Source: a virus. From it: a stretch of 64,000 nucleotides of DNA. Under the pieces are notes generated by a model. The model had not been told where the DNA came from. It made no database searches and saw nothing but the letters and a program-made list of their open reading frames with translations. The position numbers and the translations under genes were made by a program. Shown piece after piece: positions 9,529 through 19,575 of the stretch (position 1 is the first letter of the stretch; every line of letters begins with the position of its first letter). The stretch spans positions 12,332 to 76,331 of the IMG/VR virus record IMGVR_UViG_3300030329_006602; one strand, 5' to 3'.

Positions 9529-9869
9529 TAGTAGTTATGGTTTTCTATTACGGTAAAACGTCCTGCACTTACTCCCGTGAGGTCTACTTTAGCCTGCAGA
9601 AAGTTCCAAGTATCCGCATAAAGCAATCCCTCCGAATTAGTGGTACTATCTATGGTGTAATTGGCAACAGGTAAAAAACGTGCACTATCTCCTTCCTGAT
9701 TTGAGACTAAAACTCTAAAGTGTCCCGAAGCTGGTAAGCCATCGGTTAAAACTTGATAACTATGCCGTGTATAAATAGAGGTTCCTACCGCCGTACCCGT
9801 ATAATTAACACTAACATTATCAATGCTAGTGACAGTGAGATCGGTACCTAGTAAATGGGGGTCGGACAT
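9528..9869 (-). CDS. Hypothetical beta-rich, possibly virion protein
   Basis: Coupled to the next gene; GTGTA box upstream. Confidence 0.65.
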   Translation of the reverse strand: MSDPHLLGTDLTVTSIDNVSVNYTGTAVGTSIYTRHSYQVLTDGLPASGHFRVLVSNQEGDSARFLPVANYTIDSTTNSEGLLYADTWNFLQAKVDLTGVSAGRFTVIENHNY

Positions 9870-9940
9870 AGTCGAATAAATTTAGTGCATACTTCTAAGA
9901 AAGTATACACTTTTCACCCTCAACTATGAAGAACTAAAAT

Positions 9941-11581
9941 TTACAAATCGTATTTACCTCCAAACAGTGGGGTAATATGAGGATCCCCGCAGGCTTGAGT
10001 GGTGTTATTTATTATTTGCCAGTCGCCATCAACGTCGCTACTAAACAGTAAATCTCCCGAGTGACCGCTATTTCCAAAATCTAGTCGCGATCCCGTACCC
10101 CATCCGTCTGGAGTTTCGGCGATATAAGTATTATCGGCGTTTGCTGTGCCACTAATAGTGCCTCCGTGAGGACACATGCACTGTCCCATGGTCCACAAAG
10201 TAGAAGCCACGGGATCTCCATAGCCCCACATGAGTCTAACGGGATTGCTAGCATTGGGATAATCCGCCGCGGTCACATTATCCCTGTTGTTGGTTGCGTC
10301 TTCGCCTAATCGAAAAAATGACACCATGCATTTATTTTCTGAAACGTAAGTGTTTTTCCAGTCTGAGTCTCTGCGGCCTATGCTTCCGCTAAATTGAACC
10401 CAGCCACCCCCTGGGCCATTTAAACCTCCAGTGGTAAAGACGAGGCCTACTTGATCGGATGGGGTTCCTGCTGCGCCCGCATCATCAGCATCAGCGTTTA
10501 CGGTATAAGGGTCAAGGCTTAATACCATTGCTCCTGTTTCTTCTAGGTGAGTCATTTGAGCGCCGTTCTTCCATAGTCCATTCGACGGACCAGCGGAAAA
10601 CCCTGTTTTTGCTGCAATTCCTGCTGCTGTAGTCTCACCAGGCGGTAATCCTGGAGGGCCTAGATATCCCCCTCCATCACGGGGAGATCTCGCAAAAGTC
10701 GTTCCCTTATAACCTCCCCCGTTGCCCATCATTATTGCCAGATTTCCGTAATACATATTGCGACTAGTACCGTTTGATAGCGCAACTGAAGCTCCATAAG
10801 TTCGGACCATTCCCCCTGAGGGGGTAGTGTATCTGAAAGTGAGCCGCCTCCCTGGTTGCCAGGTATTTCCATTACCGACACCGCTAGTGTGATAGGTATC
10901 CACACCCCCAAACTGGTTAGGAATACGCACGTAGGAATCTCCTTTAAGTTTATAAGTAAAACTGTAGTCAGAAAAAGTTGGAGAAGCAACGGGTTCTGTC
11001 CAGGATCCAGCTTGAGCGTCCCAGGGATAATTGCTATCGAGCGCCGTGCGGCCTGCTTTGTTTGAGTAATTACCTAGTTGCGCGGAAAACATCCAATATC
11101 TTCCTCCGAATCCGCCTTCGCCCCCATTCCATAAATATTTATCTAGACTGAAGTGATTGTATCTCCAGTAGGGCCGCCCATTGAATAGACCTTCCTGTAC
11201 ATATGTACCATTCCATGCAGAACCCAATCCCCCAACAGTAACGGTGCGACGAAAGCCTTCTCCTGAGGGTTTAATGCCTGCTGAAAATTTTCCATGGGAG
11301 AAAAGGGGTACGTTGTATTCTTCACTTCGTGGTAAGTCCCACGAGTTGGGGTTGTTCCCTGCGTTGTAGGGAGTTATGCAGGGAAACTCAAGCTGCCAAC
11401 TGGGAGAACCATAACCCGCGCCTGTGGGAACATCGCTGGTCGTGGGTGACTGGGTTACTGAATCAGGGAGTCCTAAGAGGCCACTTATCTGAAAGTAGCT
11501 TATCTCCTGGTCTGGTGGCAAAAGATTGGCAAGCATCCCGCTTGAGGGAGTTGCAATAATGTCTATTTTTGTGGTGGCCAT
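9941..11581 (-). CDS. Gly/Ser/Thr-rich virion-type protein ending in a GDPH tail
   Basis: Composition; C-terminus ..QACGDPHITPLFGGKYDL*; GTGTA box 9 nt upstream. Confidence 0.7.
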   Translation of the reverse strand: MATTKIDIIATPSSGMLANLLPPDQEISYFQISGLLGLPDSVTQSPTTSDVPTGAGYGSPSWQLEFPCITPYNAGNNPNSWDLPRSEEYNVPLFSHGKFSAGIKPSGEGFRRTVTVGGLGSAWNGTYVQEGLFNGRPYWRYNHFSLDKYLWNGGEGGFGGRYWMFSAQLGNYSNKAGRTALDSNYPWDAQAGSWTEPVASPTFSDYSFTYKLKGDSYVRIPNQFGGVDTYHTSGVGNGNTWQPGRRLTFRYTTPSGGMVRTYGASVALSNGTSRNMYYGNLAIMMGNGGGYKGTTFARSPRDGGGYLGPPGLPPGETTAAGIAAKTGFSAGPSNGLWKNGAQMTHLEETGAMVLSLDPYTVNADADDAGAAGTPSDQVGLVFTTGGLNGPGGGWVQFSGSIGRRDSDWKNTYVSENKCMVSFFRLGEDATNNRDNVTAADYPNASNPVRLMWGYGDPVASTLWTMGQCMCPHGGTISGTANADNTYIAETPDGWGTGSRLDFGNSGHSGDLLFSSDVDGDWQIINNTTQACGDPHITPLFGGKYDL

Positions 11582-11618
11582 ATGGTATATTACACCACAC
11601 TTTACCTGCTGTGAAAGC

Positions 11619-12359
11619 TTACCAGGTTAATGGTTTTGGAGCGGCATCTGGTTTTCTAGGCTCCGATCCCCTGGTCTGAGGATCACTGTTTAACCACTTT
11701 TCATGGGCCGCTATGGTGGCCTCCCATTGCCTGGCCAGGATTTTATTAGCGTAATCTATCTCATCCTGACCTTTTTGCAGAGGGAGTATAGTGGAAAGCT
11801 TAGGTATTTCCTTTGCGCATAATTCGGATACAAGAGCACCACGCGAGGTTGCAGGGGTCACGAGTTTGAGGTTGTCATCCAACTGAATGTTCACCCCTCT
11901 GTTTTGGGTGGTTAGTTTTAGTGTCGCTATGTCGGGTATTGTAATTTCTATTCGCCTATTGAGAACGGGGCTATTTGCTGCAGTGGTGTGGTGGTAGAAA
12001 ATGGAAAAACCCTTTATCCTATGATGCCCTTCCCTGAATTTAATATTTCTCAGAGGCCTAATAATAGTTCCATCCTTTAGGTCTATCTTTAGTTTTTTGC
12101 CTTGATGATTTACGAGAACAAATCGTGCGTAGCTAAGGCCTTTTTTTACGTCGGGATTATATTTTACTAGTTTTTTAAGTAGGTGGGGAAATCGAAATTG
12201 TCCACTTCGCCATGGCTGCCATTCCTCCAGTGCGTCATATTCGCAATACGAGTTTATCACTAGCCTATTATCTTTTTGCATATTATCGAACATGCAGAAG
12301 ATCTTGGGCTCCTTGGAGGGGGCTAGTAATAAGAGGATTAGGTCTTTCATTAATTTCAT
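11619..12359 (-). CDS. Hypothetical; candidate remainder of a GDPH/VWD-like domain
   Basis: P..KIFCMFDN..RLVIN..SYARFVLVN..IDL..GALV; own GTGTA box. Confidence 0.6.
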   Translation of the reverse strand: MKLMKDLILLLLAPSKEPKIFCMFDNMQKDNRLVINSYCEYDALEEWQPWRSGQFRFPHLLKKLVKYNPDVKKGLSYARFVLVNHQGKKLKIDLKDGTIIRPLRNIKFREGHHRIKGFSIFYHHTTAANSPVLNRRIEITIPDIATLKLTTQNRGVNIQLDDNLKLVTPATSRGALVSELCAKEIPKLSTILPLQKGQDEIDYANKILARQWEATIAAHEKWLNSDPQTRGSEPRKPDAAPKPLTW

Positions 12360-12375
12360 TGAATATAATTACACT

Positions 12376-12915
12376 TCATGCGAATGTATAGTTATAGGTT
12401 TCTGTATCCTCCTTATATTTCTGCTGCACCCGTTTTTCGAGGGACGGGGTATAGTAATACTGGTAGGGTTCACGAGGACCCGTACACCTATCTCTTACCA
12501 AGGCGTCTATGGGGTAGTTAATTTTTTGTGATATAAGGCTCAGGTCCTCCGTCCGATTTTCAAACCTCCCCACGAAGTCCATGGCTCCATAATTTAAATA
12601 GTCTTTAAACGTTACTCCTTGTTCATGTGGACACGGGGTATAGTGGTCTAAAAAGAATTCTAAAGAATGGCCCGACAGGGCGTTGATCTTTTCATAAATT
12701 GGCTGATGCCATAAAGAAATAACCCTGTCCCACGGATTTCTCACAAAGGTAAACTTAAAATAATTATCCCAGATCTCTTGGCCTACTTTAAGGTAAATGC
12801 TTTTCGCACACAAATGTTTGGTAGGTTCGTCGGCAAAATTGAAGCTTCTTTCTAGAGCTGTTCCTCCTGTCCTAGGTATATGAATAAAAATACACTTGTG
12901 TTCGTGGCTGATCAT
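12376..12915 (-). CDS. Sulfotransferase (Sulfotransfer_2 family)
   Basis: FIHIPRTGGT; FTFVRNPWDRVIS; DFVGRFE. Confidence 0.88.
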   Translation of the reverse strand: MISHEHKCIFIHIPRTGGTALERSFNFADEPTKHLCAKSIYLKVGQEIWDNYFKFTFVRNPWDRVISLWHQPIYEKINALSGHSLEFFLDHYTPCPHEQGVTFKDYLNYGAMDFVGRFENRTEDLSLISQKINYPIDALVRDRCTGPREPYQYYYTPSLEKRVQQKYKEDTETYNYTFA

Positions 12916-12928
12916 TATCTAGTAACAC

Positions 12929-13783
12929 CTAAGAGATATGAGGCTGAGAAAGACCAGCCTTTGAGATTTCTACATGCGCCCGTCTTTTTCCGTAACCATA
13001 TCCGCGATTATTCATACCCATGGAGCATTGGGTTTCTGTAAATCCTGCGTCTTCTAACCATTTATTTAAACAGGGTATAGAAGGAGTGTAACCATGAGCG
13101 TTACCTCTTCGTGCGCACGGAAACCAATCGCCTTTAACGGGACCAGAATCAAAAGCCGTAGTCTCTACAAAAATCTCACCGCCATCTTTTAATGAATTAA
13201 ATAGTCGCCTGAGCCCCACTGTCGGGTCTGAGAGGTGATAAACTACACCTGGACAATAAACTATGTCATACTTTTTATCGCTTTCAAACTCATAAAGACT
13301 TTGACTTTTACAAATGACATTTTTCTGTTGATAAATTTCATTCACTAGTACGTTTGCTGTGGATGCATATTTTTGAACCTCCTCTAGCGCTAAAACGTGA
13401 TCTGCCCCTAGAATTTTAAGCATTAAGGTGGTTCCTCCTGTCCAGCATCCAACATCAAGCACATCTTTGTCTTGAAAGTGAGTATTAGGCAAATTATATT
13501 TAACCATAAACTGTGCCATTGAATTTATATGCCTGTCGGCCATTTGTCCTGTAACCTTGAGGTTATTATTGAATATGTGATTATGTCCCCATACGAATTT
13601 TACCGATTGCTTTCTCTGATTTTCAGAAGTGTTAAACGTTTCATTGGCCACGCTTACTCGCCCAATCTGAGACAACAACTCTCTCGCCAGTTCTAATTGT
13701 TTTTCAGTGGTGATCCTGGAAAGCTCTTCATACATCTTAGATAGCTCCGCCTCTTTAATTGTTACGTGTTCTTTATATTTCAT
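12929..13783 (-). CDS. Class I SAM-dependent methyltransferase (CmoB/DUF1698-like)
   Basis: VLDVGCWTG; YDIV..GVVYHL.DP; LKDGG. Confidence 0.8.
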   Translation of the reverse strand: MKYKEHVTIKEAELSKMYEELSRITTEKQLELARELLSQIGRVSVANETFNTSENQRKQSVKFVWGHNHIFNNNLKVTGQMADRHINSMAQFMVKYNLPNTHFQDKDVLDVGCWTGGTTLMLKILGADHVLALEEVQKYASTANVLVNEIYQQKNVICKSQSLYEFESDKKYDIVYCPGVVYHLSDPTVGLRRLFNSLKDGGEIFVETTAFDSGPVKGDWFPCARRGNAHGYTPSIPCLNKWLEDAGFTETQCSMGMNNRGYGYGKRRAHVEISKAGLSQPHIS

Positions 13784-13796
13784 TGTTTTGTGTTTT

Positions 13797-14594
13797 TTAT
13801 CTAAAATTTCTCCAACCATGAGACTCGTGGAAGTACTTAAAATCCAGTTTCATAATTTTTTCTTTTGGGCAAAACATTCTTAGGGCATTGGCCATTATTA
13901 CATGATCTCCCCACCTGTGCTGTTCAATTCCAGCTAAAGAATAAATATAACTCAAATAAGCTGTTACGTCGGGGCGCCGCCAGAATTTTAAATCCATAAA
14001 GGCAAAGTTAGTATAATAATGGAGGCAGCTGATATCGCTCTCGGGGTCGCAGAGAATAGAGACTTTTCCATCTCTTATGTATTGTTTTATTGCTTGTGGA
14101 AGAGTGGCTAGCGTGGGCTCGTGGGTATCTACCTTGCTTCTAATGTATCCGTAGGTATAGCCGCCTTGAATGAATTTATCTACATTTAAGGGGGAGTGGA
14201 GAGTGGAGTCTGCGTCAAGTCTGATGCAGTAGTCGTAGTTTTTTAAGTAGTGGAACATTTCCATTGCGCTAAATAAAATCATTCCTTTGTATCCCAAAAT
14301 TTTCTGCCTGGGATGCAAGGTCGAAATGTCTATTGTTTTATGCTGGCGTAAATGGTTTTCCAAAAGACGTTGCGCGGGGTTCTCCCAAACGTTAACAAAC
14401 TGAGTATCTGTAATTTTTTTTAGATCGCTTTTTAGTTTATCGGAGAGCGCTATATCTTCAAAGATGATATTATCAACCTCTACGTCGGGAGAATATTTAA
14501 GGTATTTTTTAATCAATTTATTCCTGTCGAGCAAAAGATGTTCGTGACGTTTATGGCACAGGCATGTCACTGCGATTTTTTTAGGGCTATTCAT
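13797..14594 (-). CDS. GT15 (Kre2/Mnt1-like) mannosyltransferase
   Basis: GY..M; YDY.IRLD.DS; YYTNF..DL.FWR; G...RWGD. Confidence 0.7.
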   Translation of the reverse strand: MNSPKKIAVTCLCHKRHEHLLLDRNKLIKKYLKYSPDVEVDNIIFEDIALSDKLKSDLKKITDTQFVNVWENPAQRLLENHLRQHKTIDISTLHPRQKILGYKGMILFSAMEMFHYLKNYDYCIRLDADSTLHSPLNVDKFIQGGYTYGYIRSKVDTHEPTLATLPQAIKQYIRDGKVSILCDPESDISCLHYYTNFAFMDLKFWRRPDVTAYLSYIYSLAGIEQHRWGDHVIMANALRMFCPKEKIMKLDFKYFHESHGWRNFR

Positions 14595-15489
14595 TAATGA
14601 ATTCATTTCTAATGAGTTTAATTTGTTCGGAAAAACCTCCTGTGTCCGCAATTAAATGCTCTGCGTTACATAAATAACAGATTTGATAATCTATCCTATG
14701 ATAACCTTGAAGGCGAGCATGGTCAAGTATTTTTATTTTAAGGGAAGGAAACTCCTCTATGACGGAGGAAAATAGTTGTCTGTAGAGTTTTAAGTTTGCC
14801 TCAAGTTTTTCGTCGCTGTAATTAAACTGGCCCGACCAAGGGTGGTCTCCAAAATGCATTGCCGTTACAAAAGTAATAGAATTAATATTTGCGGGATCGC
14901 CAAGTGACATGGATCCCCTCTTTAAACATTCATTGGCATAATTATTAGGAACTAGAGGATCTGGCGGAACTGGCTTGGGGTATTTGGCTACAGGAGGAGA
15001 GTTTATCTTTTTTCGAATTAAATCTATTAAGGTACCATTTTCCTGATTTTGGGGAAGGAGATGGAGATCGAATTTCCCCTCAAGCGCCGACCGTTCTTCA
15101 GGTCCCAGTACTAGTACGTCTCCCCCTCTTAAATTAATGCATAGCTCTGAGGGGGAGGGGAGGGCATACTGACTACTTTGTTTTTTGACTATAGCTGCAA
15201 GTAGCTTGTAATCTCGCTCCTTAGAGTGATCGATAAATTTCCCCGTGAATTCCTCAAATTGGTTGCAAGTTTTTGTTGAGGCAAGAGGAATCTTTTTAAA
15301 TTCATCTGTCGAAATTTCATTAAGGTAATCTCTGAGTATAGACCCCTTGAATTCTTTGTTATGTAAAATATGGACGCGCGAGTTTTCTGAGCGCTCCAAG
15401 CCGCGCCTGTCAATAATGTCTCCCACTCTATAATGCTGATTGGACTTCAGGATAGGGATTTGTTGTATGAGCTTCTCTAGATTTGGCAT
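14587..15489 (-). CDS. Hypothetical glycan-associated protein (GT-B/fucosyltransferase-like)
   Basis: CINLRGGD and LIADTGGFS resemble GT11/GT23 C-domain motifs. Confidence 0.45.
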   Translation of the reverse strand: MPNLEKLIQQIPILKSNQHYRVGDIIDRRGLERSENSRVHILHNKEFKGSILRDYLNEISTDEFKKIPLASTKTCNQFEEFTGKFIDHSKERDYKLLAAIVKKQSSQYALPSPSELCINLRGGDVLVLGPEERSALEGKFDLHLLPQNQENGTLIDLIRKKINSPPVAKYPKPVPPDPLVPNNYANECLKRGSMSLGDPANINSITFVTAMHFGDHPWSGQFNYSDEKLEANLKLYRQLFSSVIEEFPSLKIKILDHARLQGYHRIDYQICYLCNAEHLIADTGGFSEQIKLIRNEFINE

Positions 15490-16481
15490 ATTTTTTTTAA
15501 TTGTTTTATGTCCAGGTTTATGCTGTAATCGGCACAGCAATCAGTGGCTATCCAATGATAGTCTAATTTCATAGTTTTTCCAATGCCTTCAAAGTTATGA
15601 TCTTCTCGGCTTTTGGGACACGCCTCGTAGACTCTTGGTTTTTTTTCACTAAAAATTAGATTCGCTAATAGGGAGCCGTGTGCTCCGATGATTATAGAGG
15701 CATTTCTAAACTGTCGAACATGTTCCGCCAGCCCTTCTGTGCCATTTAGAATTGTAAATCCCTTATTCTTTAAGAGTGGAATTACCTCGTCTTCGTTTTT
15801 AACTCTGCGTGAAGTGGTGCGTTGGAGATATAATTTTGTTGAAGAAGGGTAGGTTTTGCAGAGCGGGTAATACTTGCTTCGTAAATAATCTAGCCCTACC
15901 AGCGTCCTTTGCGAGGGATATGCCGTGGGCGATGGATAATAAAGCGTTGGGACTCGATAGACGGTATCACAAGCAGTCCTTCCTGGTAAATTTAAGCTAA
16001 GCGTCCTATCTCGGGGGTAACCTAACAATTCTAAATGTAGATTCAGATTGGTGACATGCGCAGAGCGCGGGGGCATGATTAAGATTTTATCAGGAATAGA
16101 GAGTCCTTCTATCTTTTGAAGGTCCTGGAAGACATCAAAGTTATGTCCGTAGACATAAATATTAAAATAGTGATGCGCATAGATATAGTTTTTTTTCTCT
16201 GGCAGTTCTTTAATTGTATAGTCGGCGAGGTTTATATTTTTTTTAATATCTTGCGACTCTAGAGTGTTATTAGGTCGAGCTCCTTCATTGTGAAGGTTGT
16301 CCCAAAAATTATAGGTAAAATTTGCATGGGGGTGTAGCTCTCCGTTTTCATCATATATTGCTCCTCCCCCACCCAGGTAGACGTTTCTTAATTTGAGCAC
16401 GTACTGCGGCCACTGTTTCTTATATAGGTGGGGAGGGAGGCTTGCGAAGGTGGTATTCGTTGGAGTATTTATAGGAATCAT
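15477..16481 (-). CDS. GT61/DUF563 glycosyltransferase
   Basis: YGH; LYLQR..RRVKNEDEV; F.NASIIIGAHGS.LANLIF. Confidence 0.8.
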   Translation of the reverse strand: MIPINTPTNTTFASLPPHLYKKQWPQYVLKLRNVYLGGGGAIYDENGELHPHANFTYNFWDNLHNEGARPNNTLESQDIKKNINLADYTIKELPEKKNYIYAHHYFNIYVYGHNFDVFQDLQKIEGLSIPDKILIMPPRSAHVTNLNLHLELLGYPRDRTLSLNLPGRTACDTVYRVPTLYYPSPTAYPSQRTLVGLDYLRSKYYPLCKTYPSSTKLYLQRTTSRRVKNEDEVIPLLKNKGFTILNGTEGLAEHVRQFRNASIIIGAHGSLLANLIFSEKKPRVYEACPKSREDHNFEGIGKTMKLDYHWIATDCCADYSINLDIKQLKKICQI

Positions 16482-16489
16482 TATAATCC

Positions 16490-17092
16490 TTAGCTAAATT
16501 TATATTCGAAGTACTCTATGTCCTTTTTGTAAATTTCCGCAACCACATTACGCGTACGAGAGTTGTAGTAATTTTTGTAATCTCCATGCTCGCTTTGGTT
16601 GGTATGGGGCACTGGTTCGTGGGGTATCTCAAAAATATTTTGCAAGGAAGCGACATCTTGATCTAGGTTTTCATATTTCCCTAGAAAATCAATGAAGCAT
16701 TTTCCTTGCGAGTGAGTCCAGAGGTGTTGATTGAAAAAATGAAACTTTTTAAAGGGTTGTCTATCGTCGAAGTCATGAAAATTAAGACAAAAGTCTTCAA
16801 AGTTTTTAAATCTTTTAATGTTTGCTGCGGTTTGGTGGTCGTACTTGTATGCGAAATGCGTGCTGGTCATATTGAAGAAATAGAAATATAAAGAAACAAA
16901 TCGATCCCACGGGTTCCTTACGAAGGCAAATTTAAACGTGTCAATATTTCCTTGTTTCTCTAGTATTTCCCACGCTCCCGCTTGGAGAATGGGATGTATT
17001 GTAAGGTGACACTGCTGAATCAAGGCGGTTTGATTTAGGGAGGAGCCAGCCGTTTTGGGCACATGAAGAAAGATTTTCTTTTTTTTAATCAT
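16490..17092 (-). CDS. Sulfotransferase (Sulfotransfer_2 family)
   Basis: FLHVPKTAGSS; FAFVRNPWDRFVSLY; HF..Q; DFLGKYENL. Confidence 0.88.
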   Translation of the reverse strand: MIKKKKIFLHVPKTAGSSLNQTALIQQCHLTIHPILQAGAWEILEKQGNIDTFKFAFVRNPWDRFVSLYFYFFNMTSTHFAYKYDHQTAANIKRFKNFEDFCLNFHDFDDRQPFKKFHFFNQHLWTHSQGKCFIDFLGKYENLDQDVASLQNIFEIPHEPVPHTNQSEHGDYKNYYNSRTRNVVAEIYKKDIEYFEYKFS

Positions 17093-17942
17093 AATATGGA
17101 TTGGGCGGACGCTCGTCAAGCCATTTTTCAAAGTCAACAAGCGAATGGTGCGTTGGCAGGTAACTAGGCCTATCCCCTCTGTACGTACAAATTAGTTCGG
17201 AAAACCCAGAAATGCTGCCGAGAAATACATCAGCATAAATGCAGTTTTGAAATTGGGTTAGCGTTCTAAGGGCGTCTTCCTTGCTTGGGTAATAGTTGAA
17301 TTTTCCATGGTGTTCTTTGAGTAAAATTTTAAGGTCGGTGGGTTTGCCCTCTTCGTTGATGTAGTCACCGTTCTTTCTTGATCCGTCTGAATAGAGGTGT
17401 AGAAAATAGTCTTTGGGTTTATATGTTTTTAAGATTCTTTTAATTGCTCTAACGTAAAACTGATCGGACCTTATGCGTTTTCGGAATTCGTCGCTCATCA
17501 ATTTATTCCCCAAGAGTAGATCTCCCCTGCGAATCGAAATGGCTATATTGAGGACTTGCGGAAACATGCGGTCTGGAAGTGGGAGCCTTGACTGTTTGAA
17601 TGAGTCTCGCAAGAACTCTTTAAAGTCTTGACTAAACGCTTTAAGTGGTATTGCAGGATGTTGGGCGTAAGTATACTTTTCTCGTTTAATACTATCAGGA
17701 AAATGGGTCTCAATGAACAGGCGAGCAGTAGATACATCGGGGAGCCCCAAGAAGTCTTCAATTAATCCTACGTACCCCGTGGGAGGCTGACTTAGGCCAA
17801 ACCCCAACTCTAATTGAGGAGGCATAAACTTTAAATCAAGAGATTGAGCTAACTTTAGTCCATGGGCATAACAACAAAGGGCATGTCCTAGCCCTGACCC
17901 CTTGACTAGGTTATCATAAAAGAGATATCTTTCCTTGCTCAT
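17085..17942 (-). CDS. Fucosyltransferase-like (GT11/NodZ-like) protein
   Basis: SGLGH; IAISIRRGD; LYSDG; ADVFLGS.SGFS. Confidence 0.55.
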   Translation of the reverse strand: MSKERYLFYDNLVKGSGLGHALCCYAHGLKLAQSLDLKFMPPQLELGFGLSQPPTGYVGLIEDFLGLPDVSTARLFIETHFPDSIKREKYTYAQHPAIPLKAFSQDFKEFLRDSFKQSRLPLPDRMFPQVLNIAISIRRGDLLLGNKLMSDEFRKRIRSDQFYVRAIKRILKTYKPKDYFLHLYSDGSRKNGDYINEEGKPTDLKILLKEHHGKFNYYPSKEDALRTLTQFQNCIYADVFLGSISGFSELICTYRGDRPSYLPTHHSLVDFEKWLDERPPNPYYD

Positions 17943-18925
17943 TGAAAATAGGATTTTACTTCCTCAATATGGGGGGTGGTTCCTGTTGTGCCATTACAGT
18001 ACCACTGGAAGTTTTTTTTAAAAATTTGAGAAGCATAAAGGTTCTCGTCCGTATATTCGTCTAGCACTTTTTGGAGTTCTCGTATAAATTTATAGCGATA
18101 ATAGTTGGCGTGGGCTATGTGCGTATCCCGTATTCCTTGCGGGTCCCATTTTCTGGATAAACAGTCTTTAACTGCTTCAGCTACCCCTTCGGGGGTATCG
18201 TCACATATTATAGAATTTCCTTCATTATACCAAACATCCCTGCCTCCTTTAGAGGGTGTAGAAATCACGGGAATTCCGCATAAAAGGTATTCTGACGAGG
18301 AGTAGCAAGCCCCCTCTTCCTGTGAGAGTGATAGTCCGCAGTATGATTCATTTATAATATTGCATATTTCATCCTTGCTCAACCTTATACTTGGGTCGTT
18401 AATTGCAGGAGGTAAGTCAAAGCTTAAATCGTCGTGAGTGTGGCCTCCTGCTGCAAGAGCCAGGCGCGGAATTTGGGAGGCTAAATGGTGACGCTTGAAG
18501 TCTGTGGCTCGGGCGATATATAGTGCATTGTATTTTTTTTCTAGATCCCTGGGTTTTAAAAAGTCGTCGTCAAGCCATGCGTTATGATTTATAATAGTGC
18601 CACGCAGTCCGAAAGCCGCGCCATTTTTCTCTTCTTCGGGGGAGTTGTAGAGTATAAAGAAGTTGTTTTTGTTCAAGCCGAGGTGGTCCAGGATATAGCG
18701 ACTCTGATTTGCGAGATGTGAAGACAGGTGCCATCCGAGGGTAACAAAGAAAAAATCGGTATCTCTAATGTTTTTTGCGCACGACTTTAACCATGTATAG
18801 TTATGAGGAATGTTTTCTATAAGAAAAATTCTGCAATTGGCATCTTCGAATAAGGGGGAGAAGGGGAAGTGGGCGTTGGGCCAGGTGTATATGTTTTCCT
18901 CGTTTATGTTGTGGTATGGGTCCAT
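17939..18925 (-). CDS. GT4-like glycosyltransferase
   Basis: ARA..FKRH; EEGACYSSSEYLLCGIPVIST. Confidence 0.75.
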   Translation of the reverse strand: MDPYHNINEENIYTWPNAHFPFSPLFEDANCRIFLIENIPHNYTWLKSCAKNIRDTDFFFVTLGWHLSSHLANQSRYILDHLGLNKNNFFILYNSPEEEKNGAAFGLRGTIINHNAWLDDDFLKPRDLEKKYNALYIARATDFKRHHLASQIPRLALAAGGHTHDDLSFDLPPAINDPSIRLSKDEICNIINESYCGLSLSQEEGACYSSSEYLLCGIPVISTPSKGGRDVWYNEGNSIICDDTPEGVAEAVKDCLSRKWDPQGIRDTHIAHANYYRYKFIRELQKVLDEYTDENLYASQIFKKNFQWYCNGTTGTTPHIEEVKSYFQ

Positions 18926-19575
18926 GGGTTGAAACTGTTTTTTTTTATGAGCGAGATGCAGGTGTAGTCGACTCGCGTAAACTCGCTTACTTTGTCTCCG
19001 AAAAACTCGTCAACCGCTTTTTTGCACCCCTGCCAGTGTCCGTAGTCATCTATTATTAAGACTCCTCCAGGAGAAACCTTTTCCCATAAAACTTCTAGTT
19101 CCGCTTTGGTTGAGGCATAAAAATCAGTGTCCAGCCTTAGGAGCGAAATGGAGTCGGGTATATTTTTCTCACGGAGAAGCGTTTGGCAAACGTCTCCTTT
19201 TATGAAGTGTGTTTTTTCTTCGGGAAAGCGGGATTGAGATACAACTCCTTTAACTAACTCTAAGGATGCCATGCACTGGACTTCCTTCCAGATATCTCCC
19301 GCAAAGGTTTCGTGTAGATCACAATCAACCGCCTCAGGAGCTGTCATTCCCTCGAAGGTATCATAGAGCCATACATTTTTATTGAAAGACTGGTGGCTCT
19401 CCAGGTACTTCATTATTCCTAGAATATTACCCCCTTGAAAGACTCCGCACTCAACATAATCTCCTTCAATTTTATTTACTCTAACATGCTCCAGGGCATC
19501 ATGCAAAGCTTCGATCCTTTTGGGAGATGTAATGCTATAGGGCTGAACTATCTCCATGAAGCTTTGCTTATCCAC
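18904..19575 (-). CDS. TylF/MycF-family sugar O-methyltransferase
   Basis: GDYVECGVFQG; LYDTFEG; LLRLDTDFY; GG.LIIDDYG.W.GC. Confidence 0.88.
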   Translation of the reverse strand: MDKQSFMEIVQPYSITSPKRIEALHDALEHVRVNKIEGDYVECGVFQGGNILGIMKYLESHQSFNKNVWLYDTFEGMTAPEAVDCDLHETFAGDIWKEVQCMASLELVKGVVSQSRFPEEKTHFIKGDVCQTLLREKNIPDSISLLRLDTDFYASTKAELEVLWEKVSPGGVLIIDDYGHWQGCKKAVDEFFGDKVSEFTRVDYTCISLIKKNSFNPWTHTTT

